Part shown: piece after piece, positions 34,248-43,923 of the stretch
Layout: each line of letters starts with the position of its first letter
How positions within the stretch are numbered: position 1 is the first letter of the stretch
NCBI GenBank assembly: GCA_963755735.1
Contig: CAVWLN010000021.1
Location: forward strand, 9,789-73,788
Length of the DNA: 64,000 bases
Source: an uncultured Paenibacillaceae bacterium
GTDB taxonomy: Bacteria > Bacillota > Bacilli > Paenibacillales > DA-C8
Direction: 5' to 3'
Notes under the pieces: model-generated
Told to the model about the DNA's origin: nothing
Database searches by the model: none
Seen by the model: the letters and a program-made list of their open reading frames with translations, nothing else
Made by a program: the position numbers and the translations under genes

Positions 34248-34768
34248 GAAGGGGCTGTCCAGTAAGGTGAAGGTCCGCCTCGATACGCCACATCGCTAAA
34301 TTTGCTTTATTGGATGTTGTGAGCTTTTTCCCATATTTGGCGGACAAACCGGCAGTCTAATTGGATTCCATGTCTTTATTCGTTCATCCCCATTTTTTCA
34401 TTCTATAATCGCTTTAGGAAGGCAGTGAAGCGTATACTCGCCGTCGTCAGTAGATTGTGGGCTATGATTTTGCTCGTGTTACTCTAACGGTTCCTATAGG
34501 GCTTATTATAGCGAATTAGCCAGGTTTTATTTTGTAACGGTTGTGACGGCGGCTATTTCGCTGTTTTTACCGCCAATTGTGCCATTTTATCGTGAATAGT
34601 CTCCATGACAACCGTTACAATTTCAAAACGTTCATTTACGTGCGAATAGCCTTTGTGGCAACCGTTACAGCTCAGAACAAATTGATTTCACCGATATAGA
34701 ATAGCTGCCCACAAAATAGGGGGACGTCCAACAGTCAGTTTTCACTGACTTCTGGACACCCCCTTTCT
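34248..34768. mobile_element. Possible non-autonomous element bounded by GGGGCTGTCCAG / CTGGACACCCCC
   Basis: Imperfect inverted ends; the right end is itself a hairpin (34718-34765); no transposase inside. Confidence 0.35.
34484..34668. repeat. Four-unit inverted array (element B)
   Basis: 24-bp units (G/C)TAACGGTT...CTATT at 34484 and 34534, inverted copies at 34595 and 34645. Confidence 0.8.
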
Positions 34769-34814
34769 AACTGAACTCTATTGTGTAATGTTTAGGTATC
34801 ATGGAGGAAATGAT

Positions 34815-35633
34815 ATGATCAGCCTTGAATTGAAGAAAGGACTTTTCGATACTCGCATGATGGGAATCATAGTTGTTTCTTTGATCCTATTCTTTTTATC
34901 TGATTATGCTTCGGTGTTTCGAATGATGACATTCGCGGATTTACAAGCTCCAGACATCATAGACAATGATGAGATGGCCAATTTTTTAGTGACAAATGGG
35001 TTCAATAAATACCATGTATGGATGAAGAGCTTCGATTACATGGCATTTATATTTCCACTATTGGCAGTAATCCCCTACGCTTCAACTTACTTGGAAGAAA
35101 GGGAATCGAAACATTATTATTTTATATGCTCACGTATTAGTGGCAAGAGGTATATGAATACAAAATATATTGTGAATCTTCTAATAGGAGGTTTGGCTCT
35201 ATTTATACCAGAATTATTGTACTATATATTAATTACGATCATTTTTCAAAATGAAATTCTCGATCCCTTTTTCTGGACTGCTACAGGTATGTTTTCGGAA
35301 ATATTCCCCGTGAATCCGGAACTTGCAATATGGCTGACATTCCTTACACATTTCTTGCTTGGGGCATGTTTTGCAGGGATTGCGATGACGATCAGTTCCT
35401 TTATGAAAAGAAGGGTTTATGTTTATGTATCTACGCTTCTTGTTTATATTGTCAGCAGTTTGCTGTTAGAAGCTTTTTTTCAATGGTACGCTTATTCACC
35501 ACTTCAATGGTACCAAGTATTATACAGTCACCATGTACAGGCTGTAAGCATGTTCCCAATCATCATCTCAATCATTTTAGTAAGTTATATCCTATTTATA
35601 CTTCAGGCAAGTAGGGTGCAGCATCATGGCTAG
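34815..35633 (+). CDS. Multi-pass membrane protein, probable ABC permease 1
   Basis: GGAGG RBS; about 6 TMs; in an operon with an ABC ATPase. Confidence 0.7.
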   Translation: MISLELKKGLFDTRMMGIIVVSLILFFLSDYASVFRMMTFADLQAPDIIDNDEMANFLVTNGFNKYHVWMKSFDYMAFIFPLLAVIPYASTYLEERESKHYYFICSRISGKRYMNTKYIVNLLIGGLALFIPELLYYILITIIFQNEILDPFFWTATGMFSEIFPVNPELAIWLTFLTHFLLGACFAGIAMTISSFMKRRVYVYVSTLLVYIVSSLLLEAFFQWYAYSPLQWYQVLYSHHVQAVSMFPIIISIILVSYILFILQASRVQHHG

Positions 35634-35638
35634 AACAT

Positions 35639-36427
35639 ATGATGTGCCAACCAGTTGCAATTCATTATACAAGGTGGAAATTCGTCACGATCTTTATTAG
35701 TCTAAAAAGTTTGATCTGTCTATTGATCACAATTGGAATTACACTGATCATGTCGAGTAATATAGAATCGACTAACCTATGGGATACGATTGTTTACGGT
35801 ATGCTTGATTCGACTGAGATTCAATTATATTTATTTTTCCCCATGGCATTATTGTATATTCATTCGATTTGTCATGATCGTTCCATATTCAAATATATCA
35901 TCATCAGAATGAGATCCAAAAGATATTGGATTAGCTCGAAGATTTCTCTAATCTTGGTGTTTGGAATCGTATATACTTTCGTATATATCTGCACCATTGC
36001 CATGTCCTCTCTATTCAGGGACAAGTGGAGTATGGACTGGAGTTCATTTATGAATGAAACTTTTACATACACGAACTATCTTTCTCCGGCTTCCGTTTTG
36101 GCCATGCTTTCTTTCCGATATTTGCTTGGTGTTTGGATGATCGGAATCGTATATCTAATGGTGTATTTGTTTACATCAAAAAAACGAAACTTACTAGCTC
36201 TTTTAGCCAGTACTAGTGTTATTATGATCAATTATCTTCTTCACATTAGTTTTATGATGAAAGTCATCCCATTCTTAAGTTTAGGATCTGGTTTCGTCCG
36301 ATATTTCAGTGCAGCTGACCATTTGATAACATACATGTTCAATTATCATGTCGGTTTAATTGTTTTTATCGTTGTTATGTTAGTGTTAATCCAGATGAAT
36401 TTCCGAAGGATTACCATACAGGAGTGA
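35639..36427 (+). CDS. Multi-pass membrane protein, probable ABC permease 2
   Basis: About 6 TMs; YIIIRMRSKRYW motif. Confidence 0.7.
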   Translation: MMCQPVAIHYTRWKFVTIFISLKSLICLLITIGITLIMSSNIESTNLWDTIVYGMLDSTEIQLYLFFPMALLYIHSICHDRSIFKYIIIRMRSKRYWISSKISLILVFGIVYTFVYICTIAMSSLFRDKWSMDWSSFMNETFTYTNYLSPASVLAMLSFRYLLGVWMIGIVYLMVYLFTSKKRNLLALLASTSVIMINYLLHISFMMKVIPFLSLGSGFVRYFSAADHLITYMFNYHVGLIVFIVVMLVLIQMNFRRITIQE

Positions 36428-36431
36428 AAAA

Positions 36432-37217
36432 ATGGAATGGGTACGATTTGCTACGTTTAATCTAAAGCATGTGATTCGTTTGAGAACATTATTCCTTATA
36501 ACGTGTGTAAGTTTGCTATTGATCTTCTTTACTAGCTATGTACTGAGCCGGCACGCCTCTTTAGCTGATGCTCTCGTTATACATTTTGGGGGACATTCCG
36601 CGCACAATTTAGCGATTGTATTTATCGTGCATCATTTACTTCCGTTTATTTTGATGTTCCTCGTCGATAGATACAGCGAAACCCATATCATGAAGAATTC
36701 AAAATATATGTTGATACGAATAAGAAGGATCCATGACTGGCTATTCTCACATGTTATCGCGATACTTTTACTGACTGCTATATTCTTCGGGATATATATC
36801 GGTCTGACGCTTATTGTATTTGGAGCCTTATATGAGAACTTTGCATTTACATTGGAATTTCTACAACAAGAATTTGCGCCTATTGGTAAATTATCTGTAT
36901 TTCAATTTTCTATCAGACTTTACGTTCTACTAGTTTCCGGCTCTGTTACATTAAGCATGTTCCAATTAGCGTGTAATCTGCGGATGAGGAAAATGGTGGG
37001 TTGGGGGTATTTAATGGTTGCCAGCATCTATGTGGTTAATATCCTTATAGATGATGTTTCTTTGTGGGTCGGCAGTCACATTACTCCTTACAAATGGAAT
37101 GTAATAGGAACTGAAACGTATCCATTAGAATGGGCTTTTGTTGGTATCCAAATCACGATGTCGAGCATCTTCTATTTTCTTGCTTATTTTTGGTTTAAAC
37201 GGAGAAGGGATATCTAA
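36432..37217 (+). CDS. Multi-pass membrane protein, probable ABC permease 3
   Basis: About 6 TMs; YMLIRIRRIHDW; C-terminal KRRRDI typical of ABC-2-like permeases. Confidence 0.72.
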   Translation: MEWVRFATFNLKHVIRLRTLFLITCVSLLLIFFTSYVLSRHASLADALVIHFGGHSAHNLAIVFIVHHLLPFILMFLVDRYSETHIMKNSKYMLIRIRRIHDWLFSHVIAILLLTAIFFGIYIGLTLIVFGALYENFAFTLEFLQQEFAPIGKLSVFQFSIRLYVLLVSGSVTLSMFQLACNLRMRKMVGWGYLMVASIYVVNILIDDVSLWVGSHITPYKWNVIGTETYPLEWAFVGIQITMSSIFYFLAYFWFKRRRDI

Positions 37218-37226
37218 TCAGGAAGG

Positions 37227-37889
37227 ATGGGGAATATGCAGGCGGCAATAAAGGTGAAAAATCTTGAAAAATCATTTCGAAATGAGAAGATTTTCGAAAA
37301 TGTCAGCCTTGAAATTGAGAGAGGATCCATTTGCGGGTTTATTGGGTATAACGGTAGCGGAAAATCTGTATTTTTCAAACTATTATGTGGTCTTCTTATA
37401 CCTGACTCGGGATCCATTGAAATATTCGATAAGTTGCTTCATAAAGATATGGACTTCCCTGAAGAGACAGGCATTGTCATCGAACATCCTGGATTTTTGA
37501 CGGACAAGACAGGTTTTAAAAATTTGCAATATCTTGCTTCGATCCGCAAAGTAATCAACGATGAACAAATAAAAGAGTCCATGCAGTTAGTTGGATTAGA
37601 ACCGAATAACAAGAAAAAAGTACGCAATTATTCGGTTGGAATGAAGCAACGACTTGCGATTGCACAAGCAATCATGGAAAACCCAAAAATTCTAATACTC
37701 GATGAGCCGATGAACGGTCTAGATAAAGAAGGGGTCAAACATATTCGAGAATTAATCTTATCTTTAAAATCAAAAGGTACAACGATATTAATATCGAGCC
37801 ACAATATGGAAGACATAAAAATTTTATGCGATCGAGTTTATGAATTAGAAAATAAAAATTTAACACTAGTTGAATCAGTTGCAATTTGA
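37227..37889 (+). CDS. ABC transporter ATP-binding protein (exporter type)
   Basis: GYNGSGKS, YSVGMKQR, ILDEP, SSH. Confidence 0.93.
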   Translation: MGNMQAAIKVKNLEKSFRNEKIFENVSLEIERGSICGFIGYNGSGKSVFFKLLCGLLIPDSGSIEIFDKLLHKDMDFPEETGIVIEHPGFLTDKTGFKNLQYLASIRKVINDEQIKESMQLVGLEPNNKKKVRNYSVGMKQRLAIAQAIMENPKILILDEPMNGLDKEGVKHIRELILSLKSKGTTILISSHNMEDIKILCDRVYELENKNLTLVESVAI

Positions 37890-37913
37890 TGGATTGGTCG
37901 TATGTGCGGCTCT

Positions 37914-38499
37914 TTATCTTGTCGTTCGCTTTTCGATCGCCAGCAAGTAAGGTGCCTTGCTCTGGCTTGTTCAAGAAGCGATAGCTGAGCACCTGATATT
38001 GCGCGGCCGGAAGCGATTGTGCCCACGCTTGCACGGCAGCAGCTTCTTCATCACCGCCGGTATGTCCGGGGTATAGAACCGCTGTAACAATGCCATGTGG
38101 ACGCAAGATGGCAAGCGCCGTGCGCAAAGCTGACAGTGTCGTCGAAGTTGTCGTAATGACCGTCTCGTCCGCGCCAGGCAAGTAGCCTAAATTGAACATA
38201 ATGGCGGCAATGCGCTCGTGCTCGTGTGCGGGTATATAGTCGAGCATGCGATCGTGGCTGTCAAGAATGAGCCGCACATTGTCCATCGCACGGTCAGCAC
38301 GCGCGAACCGTTGCGTCGTATTGTCAATAGCCTCTCTTTGTATATCAAAGCCGTAAACCATTCCTCGTTTGCCGACGAGCTCGGCAAGGAACAATGTGTC
38401 ATTGCCGTTGCCGATCGTCGCATCGATCACCCGGTCACCGGGCTGTGTGTAGCTTCGTACAAGCTGTTGCGCATAGGTAAGGACGGATGCGAACCCCAT
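37914..38499 (-). CDS. ytqB: YtqB/MnmM-like SAM-dependent methyltransferase (indel near 3' end)
   Basis: IDATIGNGNDT, GFDIQ, FNLGYLPG, YPGH; directly downstream of ytqA. Confidence 0.85.
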
Positions 38500-38611
38500 C
38501 TTCTGGCAAACCCTTTCCCTGTATAAAGTATAGACTCCGCTTGTAGCGGAAAAAACTTCGGCTAATGTAGCTAACATCCCCTTCATCAGCCCACCCGAGC
38601 AGATCGCCACT

Positions 38612-39581
38612 TTATACGATTTGCAGCGATTCCTTCCATAGCTTCCCTTGCCATGTGTCGCGCCGCTTAAGTTCTGCATCAATGGAATTGAGCACTTGCC
38701 ATTTGTTCAAGCTCCACATAGGGCCGATCAACAGATTTCTTGGAGCATCGCCGGTTAGCCGATGAACGACCATTTCAGGTGGCAAAATTTCCAGTGAATC
38801 GACGATGAGCTTCACGTACTCATCCATTTCGAGAAACCGCAGCAGCCCTTCCTCGTACTGTTTGACCATCGGTGTCTTACGCATGAGATGGAGCAGATGG
38901 ATTTTGATGCCTTGTACGTCCATATTGGCCACGGCACGACATGTGTCCATCATCATCTCGTGTGTTTCTTGCGGTAGTCCGTAGATAATATGCGTGCACA
39001 CGCGAATGCCGTGCTTACGAAGCTTCTCCACAGCTTCATAATAGCAATCGGTGTCATGGGCGCGGTTAATCAGATCTGAGGTGGACTCATGAATGGTCTG
39101 AGCCCCATTTCCACCCAAAGATACGTGCGCTCATTCAGTTCCGCCAAATATTCGACCACATCGTCCGGCAGGCAGTCGGGGCGAGTGGCAATGGACAGAC
39201 CGACAACCCCGGGCTGTTCCAGGATGACTTCATAATACTCCCGCAGTACTTCTACCGGAGCATAAGTATTAGTATAGGCTTGGAAATAGCCGATATATTT
39301 GGCATTGGGCCATTTCTTGTGCTGGCGGTCGCGGATCGTATTGAACTGGGTGACAAGGTCGTCCTTGCGGCTTCCGGCGAAATCGCCGGATCCTCTCGCA
39401 CTGCAGAACGTACAGCCACCAAGCGCGATGGTACCGTCGCGGTTCGGACAGGTGAAGCCTGCATCGAGCATGACCTTGAAATTTTTACCCAAACTGCTGG
39501 CGCATTTCGTAGTTCCATGTATGAAATCGCTTGTCTCCCCATAAAGGAGCGGGAGTCGTTCGGACGGTACGATTGCTGCAT
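38612..39581 (-). CDS. ytqA: TIGR01212-type radical SAM protein YtqA/MnmL-like (apparent indels)
   Basis: DAGFTCPNRDG..GGCTFC, YFQAYTNTYA, ATRPDCL, GIKIHLLH, HRLTGD. Confidence 0.88.
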
Positions 39582-39941
39582 TGAGTATGAAACTCCTTAT
39601 CATTAAAATGTTTCATCCCCTATTAATAGAAGATTTGAAGTCTGTGGAAGGCGAGTCATTCCCTTAGTGAACCGTTGGAAGATGGAGTTGAGACATAATT
39701 TGAAGTGTATGCTCGACAAGCGATGCGAAATATCTCCAAAAAACGCACGAAATGCACTCGATAAAAACATGTTTAGGCTGAATTTTATCTTGCAAAACCT
39801 TACATGACATGTTACTTTATAAACGAGGGAAGAAGATGGATTCCTCGAATGTATACACACCAATTAATCGCTTCATTATACTGAGCAATCGATCCTAAGG
39901 TACTGAAAAATCGAGCCAAGACGCTAAGTGAGGTGATTTCG

Positions 39942-40108
39942 ATGGACAATCAAGTGACAATTCCGAATGGCGAACAGAAAGATTACGCTGGAGCTGACAG
40001 TGAAGGAAGCATTGGCGCTGACCGGAACGCGATTTCTTGCGCCAAACGTTGTACTGGATGCGCGGAAGAAGTAAAATCGACCATCGACAAGCAAGTGATG
40101 AACCAATA
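39942..40108 (+). CDS. Small hypothetical protein (~55 aa, apparent indels)
   Basis: GAGGTG RBS; joined frames read MDNQVTIP..MANRKITLELTVKEALALTGTRF...VKSTIDKQVMNQ. Confidence 0.5.
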
Positions 40109-40300
40109 ACGGTTGTATGAGAGAAGCCGACATGTAGCTTTGGAGCCCTGAATGATAATGCAGGGCTTCTTTGTATGCTGCTTTGCTCCGTATGCCGGGT
40201 GTTGGTATAATAGCTATTTGGAACTGAAGTAATAGGTCTTGTAAAGGCTTTATAACGTGATCAATATGGAACCCGGGCAAAATCCCGATTGGAGGAAATC

Positions 40301-41009
40301 ATGCGGTTAAGAAGAAAACCGGGGACGAGAGAGTGGCTCGAGGAGCATCATAAGCTGGTTGTCTTGGAAGGCAGGAAGCTGAAGGGCAAGTGGCACGAAA
40401 GGTCGGGTGGTAAGCCGATTCATGCTGAGCTGGGCATGGGCAAAGGAACGTTCATCAGTGAGATGAGCGCAAAGCACCCGGATATTCACTATGTCGGGAT
40501 TGACCGTTACGACGAATTGATTCGCCGGGGCGGCGAAAGAGCTTACGAAGTTCATGAGGCTGCCGGACGAGGGGCGCCGAGCAACTTAACCTTGGCGTTG
40601 TTTAATATTGAATACATTGAAGAAATGTTTGCTCCCCGGTGGAATTGTTGCGCGAATCTATTTAAACTTTAGCGATCCGTGGCCGAAGAAGCGTCATGCG
40701 GAACGACGCCTTACCCATCCCCGATTCCTGGTCAAATATCAACAGCTTCTCGATGAGCACGGTGAAATCTACTTGCGCACAGATTCACCTTCGCTGTTCG
40801 AATTTTCGCTGAACAGCTTTGCCGATTGCGGACTTCGCTTGGCAGACATTACGTTCGATATGCATCGGGAAGGTGTGCCGGACGGGCATGTGATGACGGA
40901 ATATGAAGCGAAGTTTAGCAGTCAAGGAATGCCGATCTATGGGCGCCGAGTCATCGTCGGCAGCGAAGCACTGAAGCGGCATGAAGCAGCACTAGGGCGT
41001 AAAGGTTGA
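40301..41009 (+). CDS. trmB: tRNA (guanine-N7)-methyltransferase (one apparent indel ~40638)
   Basis: MRLRRKP, ELGMGKG, YLNFSDPWPKKRH, TEYEAKF. Confidence 0.92.
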
Positions 41010-41033
41010 TTTATTTGGCGGTGTTGAACGTTA

Positions 41034-41258
41034 TTGTATGAAATATCGCATCTGAAACCGAGTGTTTTTGCTATTTTGGCACTTTTGTGTGAAATATCAT
41101 ACATGATCCGTCGTTTTTCGCGATTTTTGGCATAAATGTATGATATTTCGTACAAATTCGTCCGTTTTTCGCATGGATCGGGTTTATTTGTATGATCAAT
41201 CATACAAAACCGCTGAATTTCCGTCTCACGGGGAAATTTTATATGATCATTCATACAA
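41034..41258. repeat. Five-unit palindromic array with 51-52-bp period (element C)
   Basis: TTGTATGA-N4-TCATACAA-like units at 41034, 41085, 41136, 41188 and 41239. Confidence 0.85.
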
Positions 41259-41403
41259 AATGCACTAAAGGGCGGAGCGAGCGCATTAGGTCGGCCGTCA
41301 TGAAGTTCGGAATACCGAAGTTGTAGGCCGGCTTGCTAACTGAATGAAGCCAGTTGATTGGCGAGGCTGGGCGGCTTGCTGGCTGAACGGGGTCAGGGCC
41401 AAA

Positions 41404-41447
41404 TCAGCGCATGATCGGCGCATGTTCAGCGCATGATCGGCACATGA
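41404..41447. repeat. 4 x 11-bp tandem repeat
   Basis: TCAGCGCATGA TCGGCGCATGT TCAGCGCATGA TCGGCACATGA. Confidence 0.75.
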
Positions 41448-41498
41448 ACGCCACCCAACTTAGCGATTGATCGCGATTTGATCGCAGCCATACAGCAG

Positions 41499-41547
41499 CA
41501 CAAATAAAGCTGGAGCAGACAAGCAGTCGCTCCAGCTTTTATTTGTG
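41499..41547. terminator. Bidirectional terminator
   Basis: CACAAATAAAGCTGGAGC...GCTCCAGCTTTTATTTGTG. Confidence 0.75.
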
Positions 41548-41567
41548 TATATTTCGCCCGGCAGCAC

Positions 41568-42731
41568 TTACGCGTTGACCGAGCTTGATTTCATCTCCGT
41601 TGTTGCGTCCATAAACTGCAGGATCGTCTCCACGCACGTTTCTGGTCGATACGCATGGATGTTTAGGTCGATCGATTGCCTGATCTTTTCGTATCCGGCG
41701 TAATCATGCACGAGCATGTTTAGCCATTTGTCCATCACATCCGCGCTTTCGATCGGTTCAGCGAATCCTTGACTGATGAAGTATTGCAAATTTTCTTCTT
41801 CCTGGCCTGGGATGGCATCATAGAACAGCATCGGCAAGCCTTTCGCCATCGCTTCCGTGCAAGTCATGCCGCCTGGCTTCGTAATGAGCAAATCGGCAAC
41901 ATCCATCAGTTTGTCTATTTTGTCGGTAAAGCCATGAATGTGAACATTTGGATGACGATAGGTCGGGTTCTCCATAAGTTCTTCGCGAGCTTTGTCATTG
42001 TTGCCGACACAGATGATGAACTGTATGTCTTCCCGCCATTTCATCAAATATTCCATCATGTCGAACTTCCCCATGATGCCCCAGCCGCCGCCCATGATCA
42101 GGACAGTCGGCATGTTCTTCAGCTTTAGCTCTTTCGCTACCTGCGCTTTATCGTTGCGCTGCCAGAAGCATGGGTGAACCGGAATGCCAGTAACTTCAAT
42201 CTTGTTCATCGGCACGCCCTTCTCGGTAAGTCTGTCCCTGACGTTGGAAGTCGACACCAAGTATAGGTTCGTTCCAGAGCTAATCCAAGTTCCGTGCGCA
42301 TCGTAGTCCGTAATGACCGTACAGAGCGGCACGTCCAATCCGGAACGCTTCAAGCGCGATACGACGGTGCTCGGGAATGGATGCGTCGAGACGACGATAT
42401 CCGGATTGAGCTGGTCGATGAGATTTGCGGTCTGCGCATAAAATATGCGATGTAGCGCCAACTGCGCGACGCGGTTCATCGATTTGTTGTATTGAGAACG
42501 ATAAATTAAGCTGTATAATTTCGGACGGTTCACGACCGTCTTGCGATAAGCGTTAAAAATCATTGGAGCAATGGTCGGATGCAGGAATGCACCTAACTCT
42601 AACACCTTCGTGATCACATCGGGCGAGAGAGCACTTAAGCCATTTGAGATTGCATGGGCTGCGCGGGTATGTCCAGCGCCGAACCCTTCCGACAAGAGAA
42701 GAACTCTTTTTTTCTCAATGGATTCACGCAT
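41568..42731 (-). CDS. MGDG-synthase/UgtP-like GT28 glycosyltransferase (YkoN-like)
   Basis: GFGAGHTRAA, STHPF, VITDY, TGIPV, GGGWG, ITKPGGMT, PGQEEEN. Confidence 0.88.
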   Translation of the reverse strand: MRESIEKKRVLLLSEGFGAGHTRAAHAISNGLSALSPDVITKVLELGAFLHPTIAPMIFNAYRKTVVNRPKLYSLIYRSQYNKSMNRVAQLALHRIFYAQTANLIDQLNPDIVVSTHPFPSTVVSRLKRSGLDVPLCTVITDYDAHGTWISSGTNLYLVSTSNVRDRLTEKGVPMNKIEVTGIPVHPCFWQRNDKAQVAKELKLKNMPTVLIMGGGWGIMGKFDMMEYLMKWREDIQFIICVGNNDKAREELMENPTYRHPNVHIHGFTDKIDKLMDVADLLITKPGGMTCTEAMAKGLPMLFYDAIPGQEEENLQYFISQGFAEPIESADVMDKWLNMLVHDYAGYEKIRQSIDLNIHAYRPETCVETILQFMDATTEMKSSSVNA

Positions 42732-42839
42732 CCTTTACATTAATACTTACACACTATTCGTCGTACGTAATTCGTGTCAAGCTCATGGCGGATGAGTGAG
42801 GATCAGCCGGTTGTGCTTTTCCTGCCATTGGCATGTCTC

Positions 42840-43364
42840 TTATAACAAGCCCGCGCTCAAGTAGCCTGCGCTTGTACCGATAATCATTCCGGCAGCACAA
42901 TCTGATGGATAATGCAGTCCAAGATAAATACGAGAAAAAGCGACGATAAAAGCGATCGGAATAAGCACGAAGCTCATTACCGGATATGACAGTACAAATG
43001 GCGTTACGCTGGCAAACACAGCTGTCGTATGACCGGATGGGAAGGAGTGATCCTTCAACATCTTCTTGCCGATGTTTGTTTTGGGTAACACCAGGTAAGG
43101 CCGAAGCCGTGGATACAAACGCTTGATAACGGCGACCGGCACGTGACTGACAGCCAGTGCTGCGAAGGCTTGCCAACCGGCCCGGCTTAGCTGGCCTTCC
43201 GCCAGCAAAGCGACGCTGAGCGTCGCCGATATGGTAAAGATAGCGCCCCCTATATGGGTCAGTATATTCAAAATATATTGTAATATTGCATGCTGACATT
43301 TATGATTAATAAAATTGAATAGCCGAAGCTCCTTGTTATGCAGCCACAGCACGACACGGCTCAT
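42840..43364 (-). CDS. PAP2-family membrane phosphatase
   Basis: KRLYPRLRP, SFPSGH, SRIYLGLHYPSD. Confidence 0.9.
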   Translation of the reverse strand: MSRVVLWLHNKELRLFNFINHKCQHAILQYILNILTHIGGAIFTISATLSVALLAEGQLSRAGWQAFAALAVSHVPVAVIKRLYPRLRPYLVLPKTNIGKKMLKDHSFPSGHTTAVFASVTPFVLSYPVMSFVLIPIAFIVAFSRIYLGLHYPSDCAAGMIIGTSAGYLSAGLL

Positions 43365-43634
43365 GTTAAACCCCTCCATGATATGATTTTACACTGATCA
43401 GCACGAAATTGCATCTGGTTTTTCAATCATCTTAGCACAGCAATGTAAAGTGACGATTAACATTATGCAAATCATTCGTTCGTCCTGCATGCGATATCAT
43501 TATACGAATGAAACCCAATATTGGTTGCGATAGGAAGGTTGCGATAGGAAGGGCATGATGTACATGGAAATCAATCAGAACATTGACATGGCACGACTGC
43601 CCGTGATAAGATGGAAACCAAGTATGAATACCGT

Positions 43635-43795
43635 GATTGAAGTAGAAGCGCCCGCTTCTCACCTGTCCGGCAGACGGTCGGCTGGTTATTCACAACAAAT
43701 ATTCGTGACTGGAATGCTGTTATTTGTGGAGCGTTTTAGAATGGATAGCGGATCGTGAAGATGTGGGCGAGTGATGCTTACATCTTTTTTTATTT
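43635..43795 (+). ncRNA. L20 leader (infC-rpmI-rplT autoregulatory element)
   Basis: AAGTAGAAGCGCCCGCTTCTCACCTG motif, then terminator AAGATGTGGGC...GCTTACATCTTTTTTT upstream of infC. Confidence 0.82.
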
Positions 43796-43923
43796 GGCGG
43801 ATCGGATTGCATGTCGCGAGTGACCGCACTGAATCCGCACTAGCCCGTTTTCCCAAGCAGGCGATTTACGAAGCACGGTAATCTACGCAATATACACTTG
43901 ATTTAATATTGGAGGTGGCATTT

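Noticed and set aside
34270-34371. Minus-strand fragment MESN*TAGLSAKYGKKLTTSNKANLAMWRIEAD
   Set aside because: Short, interrupted by a stop codon and not recognisable; insufficient to call a pseudogene.
32223-37889. RiPP cluster (B12 radical SAM + peptide + ABC exporter)
   Set aside because: The radical SAM gene has core-genome composition, lies outside the AT-rich island and shows no RRE/SPASM features; adjacency looks incidental.
41034-41258. Calling the five-unit array a CRISPR
   Set aside because: Repeats are only 20 bp and degenerate, spacers resemble each other, and no leader or cas genes are visible.
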